Positions 9,362-22,392 of a DNA stretch of 64,000 nucleotides are shown here, one piece after another. Position 1 is the first letter of the stretch. Each line of letters starts with the position of its first letter. The translations under genes were made by a program, and so were the position numbers. A model generated the notes under the pieces. The model was not told the origin of the DNA, ran no database searches, and saw nothing but the letters and a program-made list of their open reading frames with translations. The stretch is from Piromyces finnis finn (taxonomy: Eukaryota; Fungi; Neocallimastigomycota), in assembly GCA_002104945.1 (NCBI GenBank), contig MCFH01000060.1, positions 124,001 to 188,000 of the forward strand, written 5' to 3'.

Positions 9362-12300
9362 TGTAACGAATACTAGAAATAACTAAATTGTCTTAGTGGT
9401 TAGTAGCTAAGACTTTGAGTCTGAATGACACTAGTTCGAGACCTCATAGATACTATTTTAAAAAAAATTATAATTTTATTTTATTTTATTTTATTTTTAA
9501 ATTTTATTTTATATGAAGATTATTGATTGGTTAAGAATTTTAAGTTGAAAAATTTTATAAATTAATTTAAAAAATTTTTAGTATAAATACGAGTGAATTT
9601 TCCCAAATATTTTAAAGAATCGAGATTTTATTAATAAATAATTATATTATTAAACACTAACTTATTAAGTTAAATTCTATGTGTTTTTAATGATATTTTT
9701 ATAAATTAATAATTTACAGAATATTTTAAAGTGTTAATATTACTAAGTTATTTAGTAAATATTATAATTTGTTTTATTGTTAAAGACACATTTCTTTACA
9801 ATAAAATCTCCTTATAATATAAAAGCTTAATACCTTAGTGTTTAAGAAATTGTTATAGATAAAACTTTTAAGTTTTATTGTTGAAGCTTTTCTTTAAAGA
9901 AATATTTTTACTTAAAGTAGTAGAATTAGTACGCTTTAGAAGCGGTATATAATTCAAACTATAAAAAGTAAAAGATTAACGGGATCGAGTTTAACCTGTA
10001 CAATAATTGGGTTGGCAGGCTCTGAGCTATTCTACTTTGAATAAGGAAGTAGGAGAATCCGAGGTACACCACGTACAAGACGCTGTAATAAGCAAGCTGG
10101 CGTGAGATTTATAGTTGTATACTATCTTTTGCTGTTTGATTATAGACCGGAAAATAGCCGGAAATGCCTTACTTTAATAAAATAATATTTCTTAATTAAT
10201 ACATTTTAAAATTAAGTTTTCTAATAAAACAATTTCTAATTTTTAATTATAATTATTAATTGTTAAGACAATTTATTAAAATTGTAATAATATATAATAA
10301 TATTCTTTATAACTCCTTTAGCGTGAGAAGTTAAACTCTTATACATAATACTTCTACGTTCGGATAAGGTTGATATAGGGAAAGAAAACCTGTAATAATT
10401 TTTATTGCTAACAATAAGTTAGACACTAAAAAAAATTTTTACACCGTTCCTTTCTTTTATTAATTTAATTAATATTAACAATCGACTTTATACGTGTTAT
10501 CGTGAAGAGCTACGAAGGACTTATTATAAAGAATAAAACAGGTTATATATTTGATGGTTTAACACTATATAATCTGGTTTATATTATTATTTAATAAAAA
10601 GATTTACTCAATTAATAAATATAATTAAATACTTTATTCTATTATTTTTACAAATTTATTAAAGCTTATTAAAGAAAACATCATAAGTACTATGGAAGAG
10701 AACGAAAACAACCACATGGATAATAATAATATTTTCGAAAACGCAACTCTTAAGGATGGTTTTGCAGGGGATCGCAGATATCTGAAGGGTTTCTTAGCTA
10801 AGGTGGAGCTAGTGTTTATGCTATATCCTGAACGGTATCAAGACGACGCAACCAAAATTCTCTATATAATATCAAGACTTTATGGGGACGCTATGAATTG
10901 GGCTGCTACTCTTATAAACAACCATGATCCGTGTCTTAATAACTACCAAGCTTTTGTTGACAGATTTAAGGCTTTTTATGGTTATAACGATGCTACCTAT
11001 GTTGCAAATCAAATGCTTAGAACCTTAAAACAACGCCGATTAGGAGGAATTAGAGGCTATATCTTGGAATTTAACCGCTATGCTGATGAATCAAACCGGA
11101 ATGAACAAGCCAAAATGGATGCATTTATAGCTGGCCTTAATCAACAAGTTGCCGTTCGTATTTTGGAAATGTTTCCGGGTCCTAGGGATCTTCTTTCATT
11201 ACAGACTATTGCTTCAAGAATCGATTCAAGATTATCTACACATCATACCTTTTTCCCTTCTGGTTCAAACAATGACCAAAACCGAAAGAAAAGATCTTTT
11301 CATCACTCTTCAAAAATAACAAAGTCCATTACAAACAGGAATAACCATGGCCCTATCTCAAACGAAGAAAAGGAAAGAAGAAAGAAAGAAAATCTTTGTG
11401 TGTATTGTGGTGCTTCAAGTCATAAGCTTAATAATTGTCCAAAAAGAAAGAATAAAGATCGTGAAAATCCTTCACTAATATCTATTCCCACACTTATATC
11501 CGCTCCTAAAGAAGAAAACAAAACTCATAATAAAATGACAACTAAATTTAAACTTTCTTATGAACTAAATACGGATATTCTTATTGACTCAGGATCCAAA
11601 CTTAATTTAATTGATGTAGATTACTGTAACGATAATAACATTCCTTATCATGATGATGGTAACCTCCCAAATATCGTTGGTATCGGTGGTCGACAATCTC
11701 TTTTTGGAATTACATCTCCTTTGAATCTTCGCTACAAAGATCATCTCTGTCGAACACAATTCTATGTAACTGATCTACCTTATTATCCTTGTATTCTTGG
11801 AATAGACTGGCTTAAAGAACACAATCCTTCTATCGATTTCACAAAGAACAAAATTTCATTTGTATCCGATTACTGTTATAATCGTTGTATAACACTCTCC
11901 AATAATGTCCCTGAATTTCCTGAAGAAAGATCTGCTTTTCCTGCAATGGAAGATCCTTCCTACGAACCTCCGCATGATTCATTCGCTTACCCTATATTTG
12001 TCGATAAACAAAACATCCAATCTCAAAACGAAACTAATCGTACTTGTACTATTCTCTGTTCGGGTTCTTCAAAAAATATTAACAATTCTGTTTCTAAGAA
12101 GTCTTCTGTTAACTTTTCTACTTCGTCTCTCTCAAATCAAGAACCAACTTCTGTTTTGACTTCTTTTTCTGATTCTAATATTCAATCCAATTCTATTCTC
12201 AAATCCGATTCAAACTCTAAATCAGAACCCAATTCTTCTATTATACTTCCGGATGTTCTCTCTGACTTTGCTGATGTCTTCAATGAATCTAATGCTGAAA

Positions 12301-15300
12301 AACTTCCTCCACACCGTCCATACGATTGTGAAATAAAACTCAAAGAAAATTCAAAACTGTTTTATGGACCAATTTATCCTCTAACAGAAACCGAATCAAT
12401 TGCTTTAGAAGAATATATAAAAGAAAATCTCAAGAAAGGATTTATTAGAAAATCAAAATCGCCTGCGGGAGCTCCTATTCTGTTTGTACCTAAGAAAAAC
12501 GGTCAACTTCGTATGTGTGTTGACTATCGCCAATTAAACTCCATAACTATTCGTGATTCTTATCCCCTTCCTCTTATACAAGATATGCTTGAACATCTTG
12601 GAAAAGGGAAGATTTTCTCAAAATTGGATCTTCGTTCTGCCTATAACTTGGTCAGGATTAAAAGTGGTGATGAATATAAAACCGCTTTTACTTGCAAGTT
12701 AGGTCATTTTGAATACTGTGTGATGCCTTTTGGGTTGAAAAATGCACCTGCTGTTTTTCAACATTTCATTAATGATGTTCTTGAAGACGTTCTTGGTAAA
12801 TTCGCTTTCTCTTACATAGATGATATTATTATTTTTTCCTCGGATTATAAATCTCATATTTCTCATGTCAAAACTGTTTTGAAACTCCTGAGGGATGCTG
12901 GGCTCTATGCTAAATTGGAAAAATGCGAGTTTTTTGTTTCTTTTATTGATTTCCTTGGTCATAGGATTTCTACTGATGGTATTCACATGGACCCAAATAA
13001 AGTTTCTTCTATTTTAAACTGGCCTACTCCATCTAATGTTAAAGAGGTTCAATCTTTTCTTGGTCTTGCGAACTACTACCGTCGATTTATTCCAAATTTT
13101 GCAAAGATCGCTCATCCTTTGCATAAACTTTTGAAGAAAAATGTTAAATTTGTATGGTCTAAAGAAGCTCAAGATGCTTTCGATTCACTCAAGTCCTTAT
13201 TTGTTTCTGCTCCTGTTCTTATATTTCCTAATCGTGAACTTCCATTCATAGTCGAAACTGATTCAAGTAACTTTGCCATTGGTGCTATTCTCTCGCAAGT
13301 CTCTCCAATTGATAATATGACCCATCCAGTTGCTTTCTTTTCTCGCTCTCTTACTGGTCCTGAACGTAATTATCCAATATATGATAAAGAGCTCTTAGCT
13401 ATCGTTGCTGCTCTTGAAACATGGCGTCATCTACTTAAAGGCTCTTCTTCTACTTTTAAGATTTACTCGGATCATCGAAATTTACTCTATCAAAAGAAAC
13501 CTGAAAAAATGTCTCAACGTCTTGTTCGCTGGGCTTTGTTTCTCTCTGAATTTAACTTTGTTATTATTTATCGTTCTGGTTCTTCTAACGGTAAGCCTGA
13601 TGCTCTATCTCGTCGTCCTGATTATGCTATCAATTCGAATTCCTCTTCTGATGTTCCTTTTAATGTTCTTCGCCCTGAAAACTTTTGTGCCATTGTGACT
13701 TCTGTTTCGTCCATTAGTGATTCTTTTCTTTCCGAATATATAAATGATGACTTTTACAATAAAATCTGTGAATATCTTGATTGTAGGAAACCTCCAATAC
13801 CTCACCCTCAAATTGACAAATTTTCCTTAAGCAATAGTTTTCTCCTTTTTACTGACAGAATCTATGTTCCTCCTAATTGTCGTCTTTCAATTCTTAAACT
13901 CTGTCACGACTCTCCTTCAGCTGGTCATTTCGGAATAAAGAAAACATCTTCTCTTATTGCTAGAGACTTCTGGTGGCCTTCTATTTCTTCTGATGTTAAA
14001 GACTACGTTCGTTCTTGTGAAGTTTGTTGTCGTTCAAAAACCTTTCGTCATAAACCTTATGGTCTTCTGAATCCTCTTGATATTGCTGAACGTCCTTGGT
14101 CATCCATTTCAATGGATTTCATTACAGATTTGCCTTCATCTTCTGGTTTCACTTGCATTCTTGTTGTTGTTGATCGTCTTACAAAAATGGTTCATCTCAT
14201 TCCGTTCAAAAGTATTCCTTCCGCCGCCGAAACAGCCACAGCCTTTATTGATAATATTTTCCGTCTTCATGGCCTACCTGAATCTATTGTCTCGGATAGA
14301 GGTTCTCAATTTACCTCTAAATTCTTCCAATCCATCTGTTCCTCCCTTGGCATTGAACTTAAGTTGTCTACTCCATTTCATCATCAATCAAACGGTCAGA
14401 CGGAGAGGGTGAACTCCGTTATAGAACAATATTTAAGATGTTTCTCAAATTATAAAGGTTCAAATTGGAAAAGTTTTCTTAGTCTTGCAGAATTTAGTTA
14501 TAACAACGTGGTTCAAGAATCATCCAAATTTTCTCCATTCTTTTTGAATTACGGCTTTCATCCAAAATATTCACCAGTTATTCCAGACTTATCTAAAGTC
14601 CCAAGAGCAGAAGAGTTTACAAGAGATTTTAAAACTTTAATTAATACCTTAAAAGAAAATTTAAAATCTGCCATGGAAACCCAGAAGAAGCATGCTGACA
14701 AACGTAGAAAAGAAGCTCCGAATTTTAAAGTTGGTGACAAAGTTTGGCTGGATAGTTCTTTAATTATCCACAAAGGAAATAAAAAATTTAAGCCAAGAAA
14801 ACTCGGCCCATACAAAATCTTGGAAAAAATATCAAATGTCACATTTAAGTTAAGTCTCCCAAAATCTATTAAGATCCATCCCGTCATTCATGTATCCAAT
14901 CTTGAAAAATATGTCGACGATAAGTTTGGAAGATCTCAACCGCCACCGCCACCTATTATTGTTGACAATGAAGAAGAATATGAAGTTGAAGAAATTCTGG
15001 ATAAAAGAAAACATTACGGAAAAATACAATATTTAGTTAAATGGAAAGGTTACTCAATTAATGAAGCTTCGTGGGAGCCTGAAGAAAATCTAAATTGCAA
15101 GGGGCTACTTAAAAAATTTAATAGAAAGAAATAAAAAATAGTTAAAAAATTCAAATTATATTTATTATTAATATTAAAATCACAATTATTATTATTATCA
15201 AAACTTATTAATATCATTATCAATATCAATTTTATTATTAAACAATTTATTAATATCAAATTTATCAATATTTTATTTTTAACTTTAGTAATATTAAAAA

Positions 15301-15883
15301 AAAAAAAATGTATTTTATTATATTAAATGTATTTTTATAATTAAGAAAATTCACTCCTTAGTTTAGTTTATTAAAAAAGAAAAACATATATTTAAATATT
15401 AAAATTCTAGATTCGTCTGGTATCCGAATCCTGGAGGAGGACCATGTAACGAATACTAGAAATAACTAAATTGTCTTAGTGGTTAGTAGCTAAGACTTTG
15501 AGTCTGAATGACACTAGTTCGAGACCTCATAGATACTATTTTAAAAAAAATTATAATTTTATTTTATTTTATTTTATTTTTAAATTTTATTTTATATGAA
15601 GATTATTGATTGGTTAAGAATTTTAAGTTGAAAAATTTTATAAATTAATTTAAAAAATTTTTAGTATAAATACGAGTGAATTTTCCCAAATATTTTAAAG
15701 AATCGAGATTTTATTAATAAATAATTATATTATTAAACACTAACTTATTAAGTTAAATTCTATGTGTTTTTAATGATATTTTTATAAATTAATAATTTAC
15801 AGAATATTTTAAAGTGTTAATATTACTAAGTTATTTAGTAAATATTATAATTTGTTTTATTGTTAAAGACACATTTCTTTACA
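9362..15883 (+). mobile_element. Full-length chromovirus (Ty3/gypsy, Tf1-like), element 2
   Basis: 439-bp LTRs (9362-9800, 15445-15883) with TGTAA...TTACA ends, 5-bp TSD GTTTT, PPT GGAGGAGG at 15433-15440, and an intact single ORF. Confidence 0.97.
10692..15134 (+). CDS. Gag-Pol polyprotein with C-terminal chromodomain (element 2)
   Basis: [14 protein letters not shown] knuckle, LIDSGS protease, YIDD RT, TDSS RNase H, HHCC/DDE integrase, GPY motif, chromodomain [11 protein letters not shown]...YLVKWKGY...SWEPEENL. Confidence 0.96.
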   Translation: MEENENNHMDNNNIFENATLKDGFAGDRRYLKGFLAKVELVFMLYPERYQDDATKILYIISRLYGDAMNWAATLINNHDPCLNNYQAFVDRFKAFYGYNDATYVANQMLRTLKQRRLGGIRGYILEFNRYADESNRNEQAKMDAFIAGLNQQVAVRILEMFPGPRDLLSLQTIASRIDSRLSTHHTFFPSGSNNDQNRKKRSFHHSSKITKSITNRNNHGPISNEEKERRKKENLCVYCGASSHKLNNCPKRKNKDRENPSLISIPTLISAPKEENKTHNKMTTKFKLSYELNTDILIDSGSKLNLIDVDYCNDNNIPYHDDGNLPNIVGIGGRQSLFGITSPLNLRYKDHLCRTQFYVTDLPYYPCILGIDWLKEHNPSIDFTKNKISFVSDYCYNRCITLSNNVPEFPEERSAFPAMEDPSYEPPHDSFAYPIFVDKQNIQSQNETNRTCTILCSGSSKNINNSVSKKSSVNFSTSSLSNQEPTSVLTSFSDSNIQSNSILKSDSNSKSEPNSSIILPDVLSDFADVFNESNAEKLPPHRPYDCEIKLKENSKLFYGPIYPLTETESIALEEYIKENLKKGFIRKSKSPAGAPILFVPKKNGQLRMCVDYRQLNSITIRDSYPLPLIQDMLEHLGKGKIFSKLDLRSAYNLVRIKSGDEYKTAFTCKLGHFEYCVMPFGLKNAPAVFQHFINDVLEDVLGKFAFSYIDDIIIFSSDYKSHISHVKTVLKLLRDAGLYAKLEKCEFFVSFIDFLGHRISTDGIHMDPNKVSSILNWPTPSNVKEVQSFLGLANYYRRFIPNFAKIAHPLHKLLKKNVKFVWSKEAQDAFDSLKSLFVSAPVLIFPNRELPFIVETDSSNFAIGAILSQVSPIDNMTHPVAFFSRSLTGPERNYPIYDKELLAIVAALETWRHLLKGSSSTFKIYSDHRNLLYQKKPEKMSQRLVRWALFLSEFNFVIIYRSGSSNGKPDALSRRPDYAINSNSSSDVPFNVLRPENFCAIVTSVSSISDSFLSEYINDDFYNKICEYLDCRKPPIPHPQIDKFSLSNSFLLFTDRIYVPPNCRLSILKLCHDSPSAGHFGIKKTSSLIARDFWWPSISSDVKDYVRSCEVCCRSKTFRHKPYGLLNPLDIAERPWSSISMDFITDLPSSSGFTCILVVVDRLTKMVHLIPFKSIPSAAETATAFIDNIFRLHGLPESIVSDRGSQFTSKFFQSICSSLGIELKLSTPFHHQSNGQTERVNSVIEQYLRCFSNYKGSNWKSFLSLAEFSYNNVVQESSKFSPFFLNYGFHPKYSPVIPDLSKVPRAEEFTRDFKTLINTLKENLKSAMETQKKHADKRRKEAPNFKVGDKVWLDSSLIIHKGNKKFKPRKLGPYKILEKISNVTFKLSLPKSIKIHPVIHVSNLEKYVDDKFGRSQPPPPPIIVDNEEEYEVEEILDKRKHYGKIQYLVKWKGYSINEASWEPEENLNCKGLLKKFNRKK

Positions 15884-16233
15884 GTTTTATAATATTAGTT
15901 TATTTATTTAAAATAAATGTATAATACATCTCGATGTATTATAAAAAAAATATATTAATTTATTATAGTTTTAAAATATTCTAATTTTCCTGGCTAATTA
16001 GTAACAATCTTTAAAAATAATATTTTCTATTTCTATTTATAATAAATAATTACATTTAAGTTTGTTTATAAACAAAAGTTGTTTATATTTTACATTTTTA
16101 AAATTTAATTAAACATTTATATTTTATATTATTTTGATTATTTACTATTATTTTAATTTATATTAAGTTTATATAATTTTAAAATCAGCTATTCTATTAA
16201 TTCATTATTTATAAATTTCATTCTTTATCAAAA

Positions 16234-17325
16234 TGATGCGTTGACCGATATATTTTTGAATAATATAATGTTTTTAATAAATAATAAATTCTATATTATT
16301 ATGATGAAACAATAAATTTAAAATAAAATAAAAATATGTTTTATAATTAACAAATAAATCACTCAAAACTCGAAAATAACTCTTATTATATTTTAAACTA
16401 AATCTTTATTATATTTTATAATTTATTTATTATCTATTTATTGTCCGCCCCTTTATAAAGAAGAATTTTATCTTCCTTTTATACATTTTCATTTATTACA
16501 TGTATTATTATTTTTAACTATTAAATATTATTATTACTATTGTTATTATTTATTAAAATTAAAAGAATAAATTAAAATTATGTCTTAGTATTATAAAATA
16601 TTATAGAATATTACTTATTTGATTTTCTTATTACTTCAAAATGTTTAAATTTAGAAAAATTATTATAAATTATCATTGACTATCATTAAATGTATAATAC
16701 CTTGAATAAAATAATTAAAATTTAAAATTAAAATAGTATTAAAATAAAATTAAAATAAAATTAAAATAAAATTAAAATATTAAAAGTATCAATTATTATA
16801 AACACTCATTTTATACAGAAACATAAAAGAGTCGTGTATTTTATCTTTAGAATTGTTATTATTGTTCTATTTCCAGGTTTTAAGTTTATCACCTTAGTAA
16901 TAATTACTCAATTAGCTATTTATTAATTTATAAGTTTAAGAGAATTTCTAAAGAACACTTGGATAAACACTAGAATTAATAATTTGATGTATACCATTTT
17001 ATTTTTAGTTTATTTATTCATTTTTATTTATTCATTATTATTTTATTATTTTAGTACATTATTGGATTAAGTCGTTTTATTTTATTTAATAATTTATTTT
17101 ATTTAATAATTTATTTTATTATTATCACTATTAGGTCGTTTTTACTCAGAATTTATTATATAATAAAGAGAATATTATTTTTTTAAAAAAGGGTTATATT
17201 TTCATAAAATTATTATTCATTCATTTTTAAGGGTTATTATCGTTTATTTTTATTATAAGTTACTATGGGTTAAGTCGTGTTTATTCAGCTAGTTTTTATT
17301 ATGTTTTTATGTGAGTAGCGTATCA
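16234..17325. mobile_element. Putative solo LTR (family G)
   Basis: TGATGCGTT...AGCGTATCA terminal inverted repeat (7/9), flanked by AAA and AAAA, wedged between two other LTRs. No second copy in the window. Confidence 0.45.
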
Positions 17326-17329
17326 AAAA

Positions 17330-17468
17330 TGTTACGGTTCGAGGAATTTACTTTTATTTATAAAATATTAATAAATTTATTAATACTCAAAAATAATATT
17401 AAAATGAAATAAGAAAAATTGTTTTATTAATAAAATTGTTTTATTAAGATATTAATATAAAATTATAA

Positions 17469-17499
<31 letters not shown>

Positions 17500-18041
17500 T
17501 ATCTCTATATTCTCTAATTCTTATAATATACACCTTTTTATACTTTTTGTAAAAAATTAAGTAGTGTTAATTAAAAGAATTAGTCTTTAATTATTTACAT
17601 TAATTTTAGTATTTAAATTACTTTTAAATGAATAATAAAATTACATTACTATTATAATAAATATTTATACATATTATTAAATTGATTAACAAACATTAAA
17701 AGTTTACTTTAAATATATTTAACTAAAGAATTTTACTATTTTACAGAAATATTATTTATAATTTAATTAATAAAAATTCATTAACTTGATAAATTAAACT
17801 AAAAGTTCAATAAACTATAATTTTCAATATATTATTATTACTAAATTAATTTTTTAAGTTTAATAAAATAAAATTTAAGTTCAATAAAAATAATTATTAA
17901 TAATTTTAAATATAATTTAAGTGTATACATTAATTTACAAATAAGAATATTGTAAAGTTTTCATACATTTAGGAACAATAATGGATTAGGTCATAATCAT
18001 TAATTATGACAAGAATAACATTATTTGTTGGTTCCTTAACA
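17330..18041 (-). mobile_element. Diverged solo LTR related to family A
   Basis: Starts TGTTACGGTTC and ends TTCCTTAACA like the element 1 LTR, with A-run flanks (AAAA/AAAAA). The interior is diverged. Confidence 0.7.
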
Positions 18042-18046
18042 AAAAA

Positions 18047-18541
18047 TGACACACGTTCAAATATACCTTAATTCTAAATAAGCTTAGAAAGTGGTATATT
18101 TGTGTGTAATTGAATGATTTATTTTTACTTGCTCATTCTACAAGTTTATATAATTATTAAATATAATTTAAAGTTTTAAAAACACATCTTGTTTTATAAT
18201 ATTAGTTTATTTATTTAAAATAAATGTATAATACATCTCGCTATGTATTATAAAAAAAATATATATTAATTTATTATAATTTTAAAATATTCTAATTTTC
18301 CTGGCTAATTAGTAACAATCTTTAAAAATAATATTTTCTATTTCTATTTATAATAAATAATTACATTTAAGTTTGTTTATAAACAAAAGTTGTTTATATT
18401 TTACATTTTTAAAATTTAATTAAACATTTATATTTTATATTATTTTGATTATTTACTATTATTTTAGTTTATATTAAGTTTATATAATCTTAAAATCAGC
18501 TATTCTATTAATTCATTATTTATAAATTTCATTCTTTATCA
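18047..18541. mobile_element. Solo LTR, family F copy 2
   Basis: TGACA...TATCA, flanked by AAAAA on both sides, near-identical to the split copy at 9213-16230. Confidence 0.85.
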
Positions 18542-18548
18542 AAAAATT

Positions 18549-19653
18549 TATAAAAGGTGTTTTTATAATATTAGTTAATAAGTTATATAATTTAGTTAAT
18601 TAAGTTAGTTATTACCTCTCTATACGAGTTAATAACTAAATAAAGTTTTATAAAAAATAATAAAAGAAAGAAAATAAATATTATAACACAAGAATAAATA
18701 CAAGTATATATAAATATTATTATGAAATAAATTTACTTAAATAATTAATTTTAATTATATCTTTTTGTAATGGCGACACAGAAAGAATAGATTAGGATAT
18801 CTATTCTATTACAATAACACTAAATTTAAAATAAAAATAAAAAATTGTTTTATTAAAAATATCTTTTATTATAATAGAATTTTAATAATAACAATTACAT
18901 CGATAAAATGATGAAAAATATCTTCTATTTATATTTTTCCTAAATACATTTATATTATATTATAACTATTTATTTCTTATATATTATTATTTAAAATCTA
19001 CACTAAAATCTTAATTATTAATAAATATTTAAACTATAACTATTTTTAGTAAAATACAATTGGCAATTCAAATTAAGTACTATTCAATTTGAATATGTGC
19101 CCATGTATTATTGATATATTAATCATTTATTATTTATTTATTTCTATGAAAAAACAATACTAAAACTAGGGATTTAAATTGAGAATATTAATTTACTTGT
19201 TAAACATTAAAAATAAACTAATAATTTATTTTGTTTTAAACTTTAATTATTAATAAATAAATTATGTCTCATTTTCTTTTTCTGAATATAATTTGTGTAA
19301 CTTAAACAATAATACTTGTGGCTTAAGTTACATTAAAGATATCAAACAGAGGCGTTTGATATCTTTACACTTTTATTTATTTAGTATAATTATAATACAT
19401 TAATTATTATTATAGTTACTAATTTACTTTAATACTAACGCTAAAGTATTTAACGTTAGTTTTAACTATACTATTTAACTATATTAGTTTATTTTCTTTA
19501 CCACTTGATTGGGTAAAGCAAATAAACTTCCTATTTAATTAATAACCATTAATATATGGTTATACATATATCTGGCCAATAAATGGTGACCAGAATATAT
19601 GGTTTCAATTGAAATATTTGTGGGCAAACTTATGGCCACAAATATTTCTTACA
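18549..19653. mobile_element. LTR family D copy 1, interrupted by a solo chromovirus LTR
   Basis: Homologous to 42730-43228 once 18766-19374 is removed. The terminal TG reads TA. Confidence 0.85.
18766..19369 (-). mobile_element. Solo LTR of the element 4 family (variant U5 end)
   Basis: 604 bp, TGTAA...TTACA, TSD CTTTT, near-identical to 29157-29762 except for the first ~80 bp. Confidence 0.93.
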
Positions 19654-19654
19654 A

Positions 19655-19688
19655 TGATAAATAATTAAATTTATAAATTATGAATTTA

Positions 19689-19741
<53 letters not shown>

Positions 19742-19821
19742 TTAATATTAAAACACAGATAGTTGAAAATTAAAATAATTAACATGTATAAAATTATTAA
19801 ATTAAAAACTATAAATGTAAA

Positions 19822-19852
<31 letters not shown>

Positions 19853-21014
19853 TAAATTAAATAGTTTATATTTGTTTATAATTATACTTTAAAATAATAA
19901 TTTTGTATAAATAGTGATAGAATTATTTTATTTTAAAATTGTTCCTAATAATCCAGTAAAATTAGATAATAATATTAAATTTTATTAAAATAATAGTTGT
20001 GATTATATTTACATACATTTAAGATGTATTAAACCATAACATATATATATTTAATAATACAAGAGTTATTAAATATTAAAACTTTATAATTAAATAAAAT
20101 AATTTTATATTTTAAACTAACAAAGACTTGCAAATGAACAAGTATAAAAATCATTTATTTTATTTTATTTTTTTTATTTTTTTTTTTTTAGATACAAATA
20201 TTATCACTTTCTATATTCCTTTATAGAATTAAGATAATATTTTTTGTAAAATATTGTATTAATAGAACAATGTATTAATACGTATTTAAAATAATGTACC
20301 GTAAATTTTATTCTTTAATTACAAAAATTTATATCACAATACATTAACATAAATTTATGTAAAATTTAATTTTAGGATAAGATAAAGTTTTTGATGATAA
20401 AATAGAATTTTAAATTAAATAATTTTTAACCAATAAATATTTTAGATAATAAAAAAATTTTTTATAAACTAAGCCTCAAAATTAGAAATAAATAAATTAA
20501 ATATATGTTTGAAATATAATCAACCATATAGTAAATAAATCAAAACTTTATTTTAAGTTTAGAAAATTCTTTAGTAAATAAATTGAATTTAAATAGTTTA
20601 ATACAAATAATTTCTTTTAATAAATGTATAAATGTAAACAATGTAAAATTATAATATTAAAACATGTATATTAGAATTTATTCAATTTATTTAAAAAGTA
20701 TAAATAAAGAAAATTTTTCAACTATTGAAACGATAGTTGGAAAATCGTATAGGTTAATTTTGTTTAGATAAATTAACATTAGTTTATAATTAGTTTAGTT
20801 GTTTTTTTTAATAATAAATATTGATTACCTAGTGAGGGCTCTGGTAAAATATCCTTCACGGTAAAGTAATCAACGGTTGTTTTAGTTTAATTATTTTAAA
20901 ATAATTTAATAAATAAAATATAAAAATTAAAAATAATTTAAAGTGTAGTTTAGTCTATTGAGTGTATACAAACCTGAACTTAGTTTAGAATATTTTACAT
21001 TTTTCTTCGTATCA
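19655..21014. mobile_element. Putative solo LTR (family H, ~600 bp net) carrying a nested solo LTR
   Basis: TGATA...TATCA ends with a perfect 5-bp flanking repeat TACAA (19650-19654, 21015-21019). Contains a (TAA)n tract near 19700-19740. Confidence 0.55.
20245..20999. mobile_element. Putative solo LTR, 755 bp
   Basis: Perfect 9-bp terminal inverted repeat TGTAAAATA/TATTTTACA and TSD TTTTT. Confidence 0.7.
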
Positions 21015-21559
21015 TACAATGATATAATTTGATAATAATCTTAATTTTGAATTTTACTTCAAAAAGTGATTATTATATTATATCTTTTGTTATAACTATA
21101 TAAGTTATATTGATTAAGATTTAAAATCGTTTTTATAAAAATTAATAAAATTGTTTTGTTAAAACACTAAATTGTTTTATTAGAAACACTTGTTTTTCTA
21201 ATATTTAAATATTTAAAATTTTTATTTATTTAAGTATAAAAGTGATTATTAAAATTTTAAAATATTAATCTAACTATATAATATTTCTTTATTAATAATA
21301 ATAATAATGATTAAAATAAGAATATTTACATGTATTTATATTTTCTTTTGAATTTAAACTATTTACATTAAAACAATAAAATTAATAACTTTACAATAAA
21401 AGTAATAAAAGTAATTAGAAATAACAATAAAAGAAATAATTAAAAGTTAAAGAATATAAAAAGTTGTTTATTTTACAATTAATTAAAGTAATAATAACAT
21501 GAATTATTATATTTGTTTACTTTTAAAGTGTAATTTACTAACGAAGTTATTAAATATTT

Positions 21560-21564
<5 letters not shown>

Positions 21565-21614
<50 letters not shown>

Positions 21615-22149
21615 TTCCGAGTGCATTTCTCCCATCGATCAGAGTTAGCTCCAATGGTGGTTCTTAGAGAAACGTTGGCTCATTCCTATTGCTAGGTGGT
21701 TGTGACCCTCCTGGTCTGTCATACTGTTTCTTCAGCTTCGACGCTCACTTAATCCATGTACATTAGATGCATGTCGTTGTACGATATTTCACAACTACAA
21801 TGCTAAGCCTCTTATAGTCAATTTGATCACGTGTCAACCGCCCCCTAATGTTTACACTTAAATTGATTAAGGAATATTATGTGTTTTTGGCATAGCCTAA
21901 GTCACCACTTATTAAGTTCTAATTTGGAATGTACCATGTACACTAGACCCTCTCAGGTCGGCTAGACGAGTGTTATTATCATAGTAGTAAATTAGAAAGT
22001 TCATTTATACTTACCTGAATATCATAACCCAACCCATGGCAAACCCAGTGGGAAAATCCACAGGCACTGACATCTGCGGGGTCGAACCAGAAGCCTTATG
22101 TATGCTAAGGAAACGCCTTAACAACCAGGATAAAAACTGGAACGACAAT
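21565..22149 (-). mobile_element. Non-autonomous non-LTR retroposon (SINE-like) inside the 3' LTR of element 3
   Basis: About 50-nt poly(A) tail (T run 21562-21611), ~11-bp TSD ATATTTAATTT, absent from the sister LTR, non-coding, GGTTCGACCCC B-box-like motif near its 5' end, and 37/41-nt identity to the LINE. Confidence 0.88.
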
Positions 22150-22392
22150 ATTTAATTTAACAATTAATTTAACAAGAGTTATATATTTTGATCTCGATTA
22201 ATTAAAGTTTATTATTTTCTTTCAATAATCAAAATATATGCAGTGTTTAGGATTAATTTTATTTAAGAATTTTGGTAAAGTACTTAATTAAACTATAACT
22301 TGTTTTAAGTTACTTTTAGGGTTAACTTAAAAATCAGGTTTAATAATAATTTTATATTTATTAATTTCATTATTTATCAGTTTCTCGGCCTT

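Larger units (their letters stand above)
9213..16230. mobile_element. LTR family F copy 1 (~490 bp net), split by element 2
   Basis: 9213-9361 joined to 15889-16230 matches 18047-18541 almost base for base. Confidence 0.8.

Noticed and set aside
11905-14887. Small overlapping ORFs inside elements 2 and 4, the GH43 genes and the LINE
   Set aside because: Alternative-frame or antisense by-products of long real ORFs, with no recognisable motifs.
17318-17329. CGTATCA as a sequence-specific target motif before three insertions (1323, 17319, 21008)
   Set aside because: In each case it is better explained as the terminal ...TATCA of the preceding LTR.
9213-18541. F1 and F2 as the paired LTRs of a single element
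   Set aside because: No PBS or PPT next to either copy, F2 has its own AAAAA flanks, and the intervening DNA resolves into two other LTR-like blocks; independent stacked insertions fit better, though this is not fully excluded.
22007-22017. U1 snRNA 5' end (ATACTTACCTG)
   Set aside because: Similarity stops after 11 nt, with no U1 stem-loops or Sm site; it is better explained as a splice-donor-like motif on the opposite strand.
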